DNA of 49,808 bases from positions 1 through 49,808 of the forward strand of contig RXIJ01000032.1 in NCBI GenBank assembly GCA_004212095.1. The letters run 5' to 3'. Both the position numbers and the translations under genes were made by a program. The first letter of the stretch is position 1. Each line of letters begins with the position of its first letter. The stretch is from Methanosarcinales archaeon. Lineage in GTDB: Archaea; Halobacteriota; Methanosarcinia; Methanosarcinales; EX4572-44. Under the pieces are notes generated by a model that saw only the letters and a program-made list of their open reading frames with translations, had not been told where the DNA came from and did not search any database. This document shows positions 9,571 to 18,011 of this stretch, in pieces.

Positions 9571-9819
9571 ATGAACATTGAGACATTTATCGTCCAGTTA
9601 AACAGACCTCTGACGACAAATAAAATTGAAGCTTTCAAAAAAGCGGTGATTGAACGTGGTGGCACAATCAAGCTTGTGGCAAACAAGGGCGCCTTTGTCA
9701 TAAGCATCGATCATATCTTCTCCAATGAACTTAGAGCCATGTCGATTGTAAAGCTCATCGGCGGTGTTGGCATACGCAAGCATAGTGTGCCCCCTATCAA
9801 GAAACGGACTGAAACCTAA
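9571..9819 (+). CDS. Small hypothetical protein, possibly ferredoxin-like / subtilisin-propeptide (I9)-like fold
   Basis: TFIVQL...GGTIKLV...AFVISI...LRAMSIVKLI fits a beta-alpha-beta-beta-alpha-beta pattern. RBS GGTGAG. Stop codon lies inside the IS end. Confidence 0.6.
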   Translation: MNIETFIVQLNRPLTTNKIEAFKKAVIERGGTIKLVANKGAFVISIDHIFSNELRAMSIVKLIGGVGIRKHSVPPIKKRTET

Positions 9820-9902
9820 GTTTGACAGATTCTATTCTTTCTGAAATATAACGCCCCCTCTTTTAGCCTGTAAGTTTTTGTGTTTTGTCAGGAAAATTCA
9901 AT
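9813..9902. mobile_element. Isolated IS1634-like terminal fragment
   Basis: AACCTAAGTTTGACA...CAGGAAAATTCAAT is highly similar to 10517-10606. Confidence 0.75.
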
Positions 9903-9984
9903 TGATAATCCTAATTACTTTAGTAATCAGGACTTACTTACAGAGCAAGCATAAAAGAATGAAAAGGCAGTTGATCAAACTTAT

Positions 9985-10401
9985 CTATTGTTTTAGTTTC
10001 TCTAGCTGTAATCGAAACTCTTTACGGTGTCTTTTTTCTTCATCCAGAATGTGTTTCAACGTTCCAACAGTTTCAGCATCACTTTCACCAATTAAGTCTA
10101 TCTGCTCTTGATACCGCTTAACAGCATAGTTTTCCAAATCATACTGCTTCTGCAAATACCCTTTAAGATCCTCACTCCCAAAATCAAGCTCCTTATGCTC
10201 CATTACCGGAACGCCACCTTTTTTAACGATGAGATCTCCAAGCCAGTTCATATGACGCATTTCATCGATGGCAATGGCTTCGGTCAACCTGCTTGGCACA
10301 CAATTCTTCATGAGGAAAGCGTTTCTCATATAGACCATAGATACTTCAATCTCTAATACAAAATCCTGATTCAACAACCGTATTATCTCTTTATCGTCCA
10401 A
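9985..10401 (-). CDS. Ferritin-like diiron protein (bacterioferritin/rubrerythrin-like)
   Basis: E...Y, AIDEMRH, LE..AV..Y, ILDEEKRH: two ExxH motifs. Confidence 0.85.
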   Translation of the reverse strand: MDDKEIIRLLNQDFVLEIEVSMVYMRNAFLMKNCVPSRLTEAIAIDEMRHMNWLGDLIVKKGGVPVMEHKELDFGSEDLKGYLQKQYDLENYAVKRYQEQIDLIGESDAETVGTLKHILDEEKRHRKEFRLQLEKLKQ

Positions 10402-10516
10402 AACAACAACATCCTTTTAGTTTTAGTTGTAGAATTAGTAATCTTCATATCATAAAAAAGTTTCGGAATTAAATTATAGTCGCCTGTATAACATTTGATA
10501 AAACGGAGTGTCTTTT

Positions 10517-10932
10517 AACCTAAGTTTGACAAATTCTACTCTTTCTGAAAGATGGCGTCCCCTCTTTTAGCCTGTAAGTTGTTGTGTTTTGTCAGGAAAA
10601 TTCAATCCCTCGAGACCAAAGATATCAAAGACTTCTCCCTGATTAATCCAACTCACCCAAGCTCTGCTGATACTAAAATTCTCAAGTAAAGCTTATAGCT
10701 CACAAGAGCCATTACCAACGAATTTAGATCCTTGCCATTCTTCTCATATTTACCAAAGACAGCAGGAAAACCGGGTTTTTCATACTGCCTACAAACAGCA
10801 AAGATCGTCCCAACCGGAAAATAAATATTATCATTTAGGGTGATACCAAACGTCCCCAGTCTTGTTTGACTAAACATAAACTAAACTCAACTGAGAACAC
10901 TCCTGATAAACTACAACTGTCAAAGTTAGGTT
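10517..10932 (-). mobile_element. Internally deleted IS1634-family element (~415 bp) with transposase N-terminal fragment
   Basis: 15-bp TIRs AACCTAAGTTTGACA / TGTCAAAGTTAGGTT (1 mismatch). ORF 10653..10877 (FPVGTIFAV...FGKY.K.GKDLNSLVMALVSYKL) resembles the start of Methanosarcinales IS1634 transposases. Confidence 0.75.
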
Positions 10933-11674
10933 ACAATACTCCTGCGATATCCTCGATGACATTCAAGCATGCTTGGATCCTGTCAGAGGCCCCTGTTATT
11001 GCCCTGCCTATGACGAGTATGGAAGCGCCATCTTTTACCGCATTTGAAGGAGTCATAACCCTTCTCTGGTCTACCCCTGCCTCTGCCCCCTGCCTCCTGA
11101 TTCCGGGCGTTATAAACATAAAATCAGCAGGAAGCTCGGACCTAATATGCAAAAGATCAGCTCCGCTGCATACTATGCCAGAAAGACCTGCTTCTTCTGC
11201 AAGCTTTGCAAGGCAGAGAACCTGCTCATCAACAGCTCCTGGAATGTTTAACTGGTTGTTCATAATATCCTTATCTATGCTGGTAAGAATCGTCACGCCT
11301 ATGACTTTTGGCTTCTTGGTGACGTCTGCTTCTAAGACTCCTGCAACTGCTGCCTTCATCATCTCTAACCCCCCCAAAGCATGAATATCGAAAATTTCAA
11401 CCCCAAGTTCTGCTGCTGCAACTGCCGCTCCCCTGACTGAGTTAGGAATGTCGTGATACTTGAGATCCAAGAAAACTTCCGAACCATAAGATTGAACAAG
11501 ATTCACAGCCGCTGGTCCAAATCTTGTGAAAGTCTCCTTTCCTATCTTGAAAAGTCCAACAACAGGATTTAGTTCCTCTACTCGGCCCTTAATCTCATCC
11601 ATGCTTTTTAATCCATCAAGTGGCAGACATATCATCTTTCTTGCAGCCTCCTCTTTTTCGTTAAGTTCTCTCAT
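10931..11674 (-). CDS. pyrF: Orotidine-5'-phosphate decarboxylase (bacterial-type)
   Basis: FLDLKYHDIPNSV, VTILTS, TPGIR, DQRRVMTP, VIGRAIT. Start ATG 11674 follows a GGTGA RBS. Confidence 0.97.
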   Translation of the reverse strand: MRELNEKEEAARKMICLPLDGLKSMDEIKGRVEELNPVVGLFKIGKETFTRFGPAAVNLVQSYGSEVFLDLKYHDIPNSVRGAAVAAAELGVEIFDIHALGGLEMMKAAVAGVLEADVTKKPKVIGVTILTSIDKDIMNNQLNIPGAVDEQVLCLAKLAEEAGLSGIVCSGADLLHIRSELPADFMFITPGIRRQGAEAGVDQRRVMTPSNAVKDGASILVIGRAITGASDRIQACLNVIEDIAGVL

Positions 11675-11683
11675 TAATATCAC

Positions 11684-12346
11684 CTAATTTTTCTTTTCTC
11701 CCCCGGAAAATCCATGTTTTGGCCCCCATCCAGTGGGGTCAGAATTCCACTCCCGAATCAATGTAAGCTTATCGTTCTCAATAAAGTCGTTCTCTGCAGC
11801 AACTCTTATCAAAGTAGAGAAATCTGTCAAAAAAATCGTATTGCATTTACCTTCCTCAAATTTCGTCTTTGCATTTTCAAATTCATACGTGAATATCGCA
11901 ACCACAGCCTGTACGTACGCATCTGCTTCGAGACATGCCTCCACAGCATTAAAACTGCTTCCGCCAGTGCTTATAAGATCTTCTACAACTACAACCTTCT
12001 TTCCAGAGATGTTTCCCCCCTCGATAAGGTTATCTTTTCCATAACCCTTGGATTTTTTTCTGATATACACCATGGGCTTATCGAGGCGATCGGCAACGAG
12101 TGCAGCCCATGATATTGCTGACGAAGCTGTACCTGCAATAATTTCAGGGTCAATCTCTTTTATCTTTTCTGCAAGAGAATCGGCAATGGCACTCCTTTCT
12201 CCAGGGTAAAAAGTCAGTTTTCTGTTATCGCAATAGATGGGGCTTCGCATTCCTGAGACGTATGTGTATGGCGTCTCTGCATTAAGTGTGACTGCTTCTT
12301 TTTCCAGCAGGATTTTTGCTATTTGTTCTTTTGAATCATCTCTCAT
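11684..12346 (-). CDS. pyrE: Orotate phosphoribosyltransferase
   Basis: SGMRSPIYCDNR, YIRKKSKGYG...IEG, VVEDLISTGGS. Confidence 0.97.
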   Translation of the reverse strand: MRDDSKEQIAKILLEKEAVTLNAETPYTYVSGMRSPIYCDNRKLTFYPGERSAIADSLAEKIKEIDPEIIAGTASSAISWAALVADRLDKPMVYIRKKSKGYGKDNLIEGGNISGKKVVVVEDLISTGGSSFNAVEACLEADAYVQAVVAIFTYEFENAKTKFEEGKCNTIFLTDFSTLIRVAAENDFIENDKLTLIREWNSDPTGWGPKHGFSGGEKKN

Positions 12347-12423
12347 CAAAAACAACTCCCCCTTTTAGGGTACTTGTTTCTTGACGTACAGGGAAGTATA
12401 AATGCACTTTCTTCTCTTGCTAC

Positions 12424-12666
12424 TTATTTTCTATGCACTCGACTGCTTCGCACTCGAGAATTAAAAGTTGCCGGTTATTTTCTATGCACTCGACTGCTTC
12501 GCACTCGAGAATTAAAAGTTGCCGGTTATTTTCTATGCACTCGACTGCTTCGCACTCGAGAATTAAAAGTTGCCGGTTATTTTCTGCGAAAGCGAAGTTG
12601 TACAGTGCTTTCGCAACCAAGAGTTAAAAGTTGCCGGTTATTTTCTGCGAAAGCGAAGTTGTACAG
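12424..12666. repeat. Tandem array: 3 x 51 bp, then a 61-bp variant and a partial unit, built from GAA-triloop hairpins
   Basis: Units start at 12424, 12475, 12526, 12577 and 12638. Hairpins CTCGACTGC-TTC-GCACTCGAG and CTGCGAAAGC-GAA-GTTGTACAG. Confidence 0.95.
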
Positions 12667-12679
12667 ATTATAATGGTTT

Positions 12680-13480
12680 TCATTCACAGCCTCTCCATCT
12701 TACATAATCTGAAACAGGAACTTTCTTCCCTGACTTAATCCTTGCAAAATGATTGAACTCCGGATTGCCTTCCACATCTTTTGATTCAAATACCGGCCCT
12801 TCCTTGCAGACAACCTTGTCCCCACACATACACTGCCCGCACACACCAAATCCACATTTCATATATCTCTCCATGCTTATAAAGCATTTTTTTCGGTGCT
12901 TTTTGCAGATCTCAATCACCCTTGACATCATGATTTCAGGTCCGCAGCAGAAGACCTGGGACACTTTATCAGGAGCAGATAATTTCCCTTCTAAAATCTC
13001 TGTGACAAATCCCTTCTTTCCAAAAGTCCCATCGTCTGTAGTGAAATGAGCATCCTTGAAACGGTTCCTGAAAAGGAGCATATCTTTTGATCTTGCACCA
13101 ATAATACTATTTGACTTCTTTATTTTTTCTATCAATGGAGCCAGCGAAGACACACCACACCCACCCCCAATTACAATAGTACTGGAATCCGGATCAGGGA
13201 ACCCGATTCCATAAGGACCACGTATGCCAATTATGCCTGCTTTCTTCGTGCCAGCAAGTTTCTTCGTGAACTTGCCCTTAACTTCAAATGTTATACCTAT
13301 TCGGTCTTTCTCAAGATAACTTACGCCAAATGGCTTTTCATCAACGCTTGGAATCCATACCATCACAAACTGACCTGGAACAAAACCATCAAGAGTATTT
13401 TTGACAAAAATAGTGAAAAGGTCTTTTGCTTCCTTTTCAATCTCAAGTATCTCCAGTGACATTGGGTAATCATCCCTCAT
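12680..13480 (-). CDS. pyrK: Dihydroorotate dehydrogenase electron transfer subunit
   Basis: PGQFVMVW, RGPYG.GF, GGGCG, TDDG..G, CGPEIMM, ERYMKCGFGVCGQC...VCKEGPVF. Confidence 0.95.
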   Translation of the reverse strand: MRDDYPMSLEILEIEKEAKDLFTIFVKNTLDGFVPGQFVMVWIPSVDEKPFGVSYLEKDRIGITFEVKGKFTKKLAGTKKAGIIGIRGPYGIGFPDPDSSTIVIGGGCGVSSLAPLIEKIKKSNSIIGARSKDMLLFRNRFKDAHFTTDDGTFGKKGFVTEILEGKLSAPDKVSQVFCCGPEIMMSRVIEICKKHRKKCFISMERYMKCGFGVCGQCMCGDKVVCKEGPVFESKDVEGNPEFNHFARIKSGKKVPVSDYVRWRGCE

Positions 13481-13643
13481 ATACAACACCAATTATTTCC
13501 TTTTAGTTTATTTGTTCTACACAACGAAGTTGTGTAGGTAATCATCCCTCATATGTAACACCAATTATTTCCTTTTAGTTTATTTGTTCTACACAACGAA
13601 GTTGTGTAGGTAATCATCCCTCATATGTAACACCAATTATTTC
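13465..13643. repeat. 72-bp tandem repeat (2.5 copies) duplicating the pyrD-stop/pyrK-start junction around a perfect hairpin
   Basis: Units start at 13465, 13537 and 13609. Hairpin CTACACAAC-GAA-GTTGTGTAG. Confidence 0.95.
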
Positions 13644-14534
13644 TTTGAGAGACAAATGTCCTTTTTTCTTCATCCAGTCTTCCATCTCGTTTGCAATCTT
13701 CTTGAAAACATCAAACCCCCGATAATATATGCCAGTCCCGACTCCCAGTGCTGATGCTCCAGCCATCATCATTTCGATTGCATCTCTCCCAGTTGTAATT
13801 CCGCCAGTACCAATAATAGGAATCTTTATTGATTGATAGATATCATAAACGCATCTTACTGTAACAGGAGTTATCGCAGGGCCGCTAATACCACCTACCT
13901 TGAAATCCAGTATCGGCTTTCCGGAATCTATATCAATCCTCATGCCAGGCCCATGCGTGTTGCCCATGTTTATTGCGTCTGCACCTGCCTTCTCGGCAGC
14001 TTTCGCCACAATAGTAAGGTCAGGAACATTGGCAGATAGTTTGATTATGATGGGGAGTCTGGTCGCTTTCCTGACTGCTTTTGTTATTCTGTATGTCGCT
14101 TCAGGAGTTCCCTGTCCAGCCAGAACCCCAAATCCCGGTGTATGCGGGCACGATAAAGGAATTTCGATTGCATCAAACTTAATGTCCTTTAACTCCTCAA
14201 TAACAGCGACAAAATCCTCTGCTTTAGTCCCTATTACACTTCCAATTACAGGAACACCGATTTTATCAATATCTGAGAATTCTTTTTTTGCCTCGATCAT
14301 CCCTGGATTTGAGTAACCGACAGCATTCATGAAAACATCTCCAAACGAGAACATGGTAGGATTGTTATGCCCCAATCTTTCCTCTTTAGAGATTGATTTA
14401 ATCGTTACAGCGCCAGCACCATTATCAGCAATCTTATTCATAGAGCCTACAGAGGTGCCCATTATGCCTGAAGCCAATATAAGCGGATTGGATAGCTTCA
14501 TGCCTAAAAAATCTGATTTTATTGTTATCATCAT
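13614..14534 (-). CDS. pyrD: Dihydroorotate dehydrogenase 1B catalytic subunit
   Basis: NPLILASG, MNAVGYSNPG, LSCPH, IKLS.NV, GGISGPAI, PIIGTGGI, MMAGASA. Confidence 0.97.
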   Translation of the reverse strand: MMITIKSDFLGMKLSNPLILASGIMGTSVGSMNKIADNGAGAVTIKSISKEERLGHNNPTMFSFGDVFMNAVGYSNPGMIEAKKEFSDIDKIGVPVIGSVIGTKAEDFVAVIEELKDIKFDAIEIPLSCPHTPGFGVLAGQGTPEATYRITKAVRKATRLPIIIKLSANVPDLTIVAKAAEKAGADAINMGNTHGPGMRIDIDSGKPILDFKVGGISGPAITPVTVRCVYDIYQSIKIPIIGTGGITTGRDAIEMMMAGASALGVGTGIYYRGFDVFKKIANEMEDWMKKKGHLSLKEIIGVTYEG

Positions 14535-14642
14535 TATTTCGTTAATCTGTTATGGTTTAAGCCACATATGCGCCGCCCCCGATTAAAACCGGGGCATCCT
14601 TGTTAAGTTCCATAACTAATATTATACATATCAGTTTTAAGT

Positions 14643-14882
14643 CTATGCTACTTTTCCCTGTAGCAACTCAAAGAACTCTTCAACGGTTAACCCAGCATCC
14701 CTTATGATGTTTCTGAGTGTTCCTTTTTTCACTACACGATAATTAGGCACTACAACGCGAACTTGGGGATGTTTTTCCATACAAAGTGTGACATGATTGC
14801 CCTTCTGGTGATGTGCGTAAAATACTGCACGTTTTAAGGATTTAATCACTTGTTCTCCCGAGACAACAGGAATTTTTGTTAT
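14643..14882 (-). pseudogene. hicA: Orphan HicA-family toxin, probably inactivated
   Basis: In-frame extension gives (ATA)TKIPVVSGEQVIKSL...QKGNHV...VVPNY..VKKGTLRNIIRDAGLTVEEF. The expected ATG reads ATA and no hicB is adjacent. Confidence 0.7.
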
Positions 14883-15275
14883 ATGGTTACTTCCTTAATA
14901 ACTACTTTATATCTCATTTCCTTACCACCATTTAATAATAGAAATATTTTTGATATTTAAAAGGCTTTCCATCTTCATAGCCTTGCACTTTTTAAATTTT
15001 ATCGATATCCACAGTAAATTTCTTCAAATTAATCTTATAAAAAAACTAAAGCCCGGTGAGGTTTGAGGTAAAATACACGTTGATGTGGGGGTAACTTCCT
15101 TAATTTCACAATATAAAAAATAGCTATCGATATCGATTTCCATGTAAAAAGCAACTTCACCCAATCTACATAGATTATATAGTTAAACACCCAACTTTTA
15201 GGACTTTTGAATGTGTGGCGCAAATTTATTAATCCATGATTTAACGTAGCTTAATTTCTTTGAACATTCAAAAAA

Positions 15276-15318
15276 CTGCACAACTTCACTTTCGCAGAAC
15301 TGTACACGGAGCGTACAG
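15276..15318. repeat. Pair of GNA-triloop hairpin modules
   Basis: CTGCACAAC-TTC-ACTTTCGCAG followed by CTGTACAC-GGA-GCGTACAG. Confidence 0.8.
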
Positions 15319-15353
15319 TTGTTAATTCTTGATTGAGTTATCAATCAAGTGCA

Positions 15354-16076
15354 TCATATTTCCTTAAGCAGTGTAAACACTGCCTGCTGGCATCTTGATG
15401 TTGCAAGTGGTAGATTCCATACCTGTTCAGACCTGTCCACGACAAGATTACTGATTCCCCGGACTTCAACAAGTGGAACATCATAAATGGTGCACACATG
15501 AGCTGCTGCTGCACCCTCCATGTTTTCGCATATGCCACCAAAAAGACGATGTAAGCGTTCACCTTGTTTTTGTGTGCCTGAGCAGCAAGACATAGTAACA
15601 AATGTACCAGTACGTGGTGCATAGCCGTTATTTTTCAAAACTTCCATAGCGCGTTTAGATAGCTCAGCATCCAGTAAAAATTCATTATAACAGGTGTTCC
15701 CTGGTGTATCAATAGTTGGCAGATTTATCTGTTGAAGATCGCAAAAACCATCTGGCGTGAGAATCCCTTCGTCACCATATACCTCCTTTGTAGCTACTGT
15801 TAAATCTCCGGTTGTTATCCCTGTATCCGTATAAGCTCCAGCACACCCAAACAGAATCACCCTTTGAGGGTTTATTTGTTCCATGATTGCCGTTAATGTG
15901 TGCGATACATTGGTTTTTCCAACCCCGCTTACAACAAGCAGGATCTCATTGCCGGCGAGTTCTCCCAAGTGTGCTTGCCTTTTTCCTATAGTCATTGAGA
16001 TAGTGTTTTTGATTTTATCATTGAGGTGTTCTGCCTCAGCTTTCACAGAACACAACAGTACGGTAATCTCATGCAT
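15354..16076 (-). CDS. mqnB: Futalosine hydrolase (MTA/SAH nucleosidase family)
   Basis: SGVGKTN, FGCAGAY, E.YGDEG...PDGF, CENMEGAAAAHVC, EVRGISNLV.DR...W. Confidence 0.8.
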   Translation of the reverse strand: MHEITVLLCSVKAEAEHLNDKIKNTISMTIGKRQAHLGELAGNEILLVVSGVGKTNVSHTLTAIMEQINPQRVILFGCAGAYTDTGITTGDLTVATKEVYGDEGILTPDGFCDLQQINLPTIDTPGNTCYNEFLLDAELSKRAMEVLKNNGYAPRTGTFVTMSCCSGTQKQGERLHRLFGGICENMEGAAAAHVCTIYDVPLVEVRGISNLVVDRSEQVWNLPLATSRCQQAVFTLLKEI

Positions 16077-16246
16077 CCTTTTGCCGGTTTGTATCTTATT
16101 TATTCTTATAGTTTTAGCCCCTGTTGCAAACTTGAGGTCATGGGAATAATTTTCTACGGAAGATATGACTATAGGAACTATTAAATAATCGAGTTACATT
16201 ATGTCCTGAAAAAGAGGTACATTAACATAATTTTTTATGTGAGGAC

Positions 16247-17830
16247 ATGTTTATGGATTTTAAAGTTCTTGTAACTGACCAGATTGCAGAGGAAGGTATT
16301 GAGATACTCCAGCAGAAATTTTTAGTGGATATTGCAACCGATTTAACCTCTGGTGAATTGATTAAGAGAATACCTGTGTACGATGCTCTGATGGTTCGAA
16401 GCCAGACGATGGTGACAAAAGATGTCATCGAAGCTGGCAGTAAGCTAAAAATAATCGGTCGTGCAGGTGTTGGAGTGGATAATATCGATGTGGATGCTGC
16501 CACCCAGAAGGGTGTAGTGGTGGTAAATGCTCCAGAAGGAAACACCATCTCTGCTGCCGAACATACCGTTGCTATGATCCTTGCACTCTCGAGGGAGATA
16601 CCAGATGCACATGCAAGTCTGAAGGCTAAAAAATGGGAGCGTAAGAAATTCCTTGGAGTGGAACTCCGGGGCAAGACTCTTGGGGTTATTGGACTGGGCC
16701 GTGTTGGTGCAGAGGTTGTGCGAAGAGCGATGGGTTTTGAAATGAACGTTCTTGCTTATGATCCATATATTTCAGATGAAATAGCTAGTGAACTTGGAGT
16801 AAAGCTTACAACTGTTGACGACCTCATTAAAAAATCAGACTACATCACAGTTCACGTACCACTGACCGCAAGCACCAGAGACCTGATCGGAACCGTGGAG
16901 TTTGCCAAAATGAAGCCTTCTGCGCGGGTGATAAACTGTGCTCGCGGCGGTATAATCAACGAAGATGCACTATATGATGCGCTCAGACTCGAAAGGATTG
17001 CAGGAGCAGCCATTGATGTATTTGTTGAAGAGCCTCCACTCAAAAGCAAGCTCTTGGAGCTTGATAACATTGTACTCACACCACATCTTGGGGCATCCAC
17101 AGAGGAGGCACAGATAAAAGTAGCAATTACTGTTGCAGAACAGATTAAGAATAAATTATCAGGACAGCAAGTAAAAAATGCTATAAACATGCCCTACGTG
17201 CGTCCAGAGGTTGTGAATATTATCGCCCCGTATGCACACTTGGCAGAAACACTTGGTCTTATTGGTGCACAGCTTGTTGGAGGCAACTATGATGCTGTGG
17301 AAGTCTCTTACCAGGGCGATATTGCAAACAAGGATGTTGATACTGTTACTATAGCTGCTCTAAAAGGCTTGCTGGAGTCTGCTCTTGGTTCGGGTGTGAA
17401 TTATATCAATGCACCGGTAATTGCAAAAGAGAGAAAAATAAAAGTTACTGAAAGCAAATCAGATACTACAGACTGCTACCCAAGTGTCGTAAGCTTGATC
17501 ATTACTTATGGAGATGCTGCCAAGAAAGTAAATGGTATTGTTGTCGGCAGTGAGAATCGCATCGTGCAGATAGATGATTATCACATAAATATCACTGCAA
17601 GTAAATATATGATACTGGTAATACACGAAGATCGACCAAATATAATAGGTCCATGCTGCGTGGTACTTGGAAAGCACAACACCAATATCGCAGGCATGCA
17701 GGTAGGACGCATCAAACAGGGGAGTAATGCCATAATGATTCTAAACATCGACACACCCATAACAGAAGAGATTCTAAAAGAAGTGCAGGCAGTAGATGGC
17801 ATCGTCAGTGCCAGGCAGATAGTATTATAG
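16247..17830 (+). CDS. serA: D-3-phosphoglycerate dehydrogenase (long form, ASB+ACT)
   Basis: GRAGVGVDNID, GLGRVG, INCARGG, TPHLGASTEEAQ, C-terminal ACT domain. Confidence 0.97.
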   Translation: MFMDFKVLVTDQIAEEGIEILQQKFLVDIATDLTSGELIKRIPVYDALMVRSQTMVTKDVIEAGSKLKIIGRAGVGVDNIDVDAATQKGVVVVNAPEGNTISAAEHTVAMILALSREIPDAHASLKAKKWERKKFLGVELRGKTLGVIGLGRVGAEVVRRAMGFEMNVLAYDPYISDEIASELGVKLTTVDDLIKKSDYITVHVPLTASTRDLIGTVEFAKMKPSARVINCARGGIINEDALYDALRLERIAGAAIDVFVEEPPLKSKLLELDNIVLTPHLGASTEEAQIKVAITVAEQIKNKLSGQQVKNAINMPYVRPEVVNIIAPYAHLAETLGLIGAQLVGGNYDAVEVSYQGDIANKDVDTVTIAALKGLLESALGSGVNYINAPVIAKERKIKVTESKSDTTDCYPSVVSLIITYGDAAKKVNGIVVGSENRIVQIDDYHINITASKYMILVIHEDRPNIIGPCCVVLGKHNTNIAGMQVGRIKQGSNAIMILNIDTPITEEILKEVQAVDGIVSARQIVL

Positions 17831-17834
17831 TCCT

Positions 17835-17942
17835 GTATTTTCAAGGCACAAAGTAGCCAATGGTGATATAGCACTGTACAACTTCGTTTTCGCAGAAATT
17901 AATAGCAAGTATTTTCAAGGCACAAAGTAGCCAATGGTGATA
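17835..17942. repeat. 34-bp direct repeats flanking a triloop-hairpin insert
   Basis: GTATTTTCAAGGCACAAAGTAGCCAATGGTGATA at 17835 and 17909, with CTGTACAAC-TTC-GTTTTCGCAG between them. Confidence 0.9.
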
Positions 17943-17951
17943 CGGCATGAG

Positions 17952-17966
17952 TAAAGATTTAAACTA
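17952..17966 (+). promoter_or_regulatory. Putative BRE/TATA promoter of the stressosome operon
   Basis: TAAAGA-TTTAAA about 50 nt upstream of the rsbR ATG. Confidence 0.5.
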
Positions 17967-18011
17967 CAATCAATAGTTATTTCCGTACACGGAGTGTGCG
18001 GGGGATACAGC

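Noticed and set aside
8925..9707. 260-aa antisense ORF
   Set aside because: Shadow of the PASTA gene; it mirrors that gene's repeat and has no independent motifs.
12424..12666. Possible CRISPR array (also considered for 4155-4354, 13465-13643 and 47746-47946)
   Set aside because: Whole units repeat with no unique spacers, periods vary (51-86 bp), and no cas genes are present in the window.
12374..12673. Repetitive ORFs in three frames (99, 66 and 64 aa)
   Set aside because: By-products of a 51-bp repeat (a multiple of 3); no recognisable protein features.
14568..14600. GC-rich hairpin GCCCCCGATTAAAACCGGGGC upstream of pyrD
   Set aside because: Single copy. It could be an IS200/IS605-type end remnant, a terminator or a pyr regulatory stem, and the sequence cannot distinguish these.
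7049..14900. Integrative element or provirus at tRNA-Ile
   Set aside because: No integrase and no repeated tRNA 3' end (att site) seen; the island lies on the tRNA's 5' side.
14900..15270. AT-rich stretch and ORF 15035..15223 as a possible hicB or other gene
   Set aside because: No HicB-like motif and no convincing reading frame.
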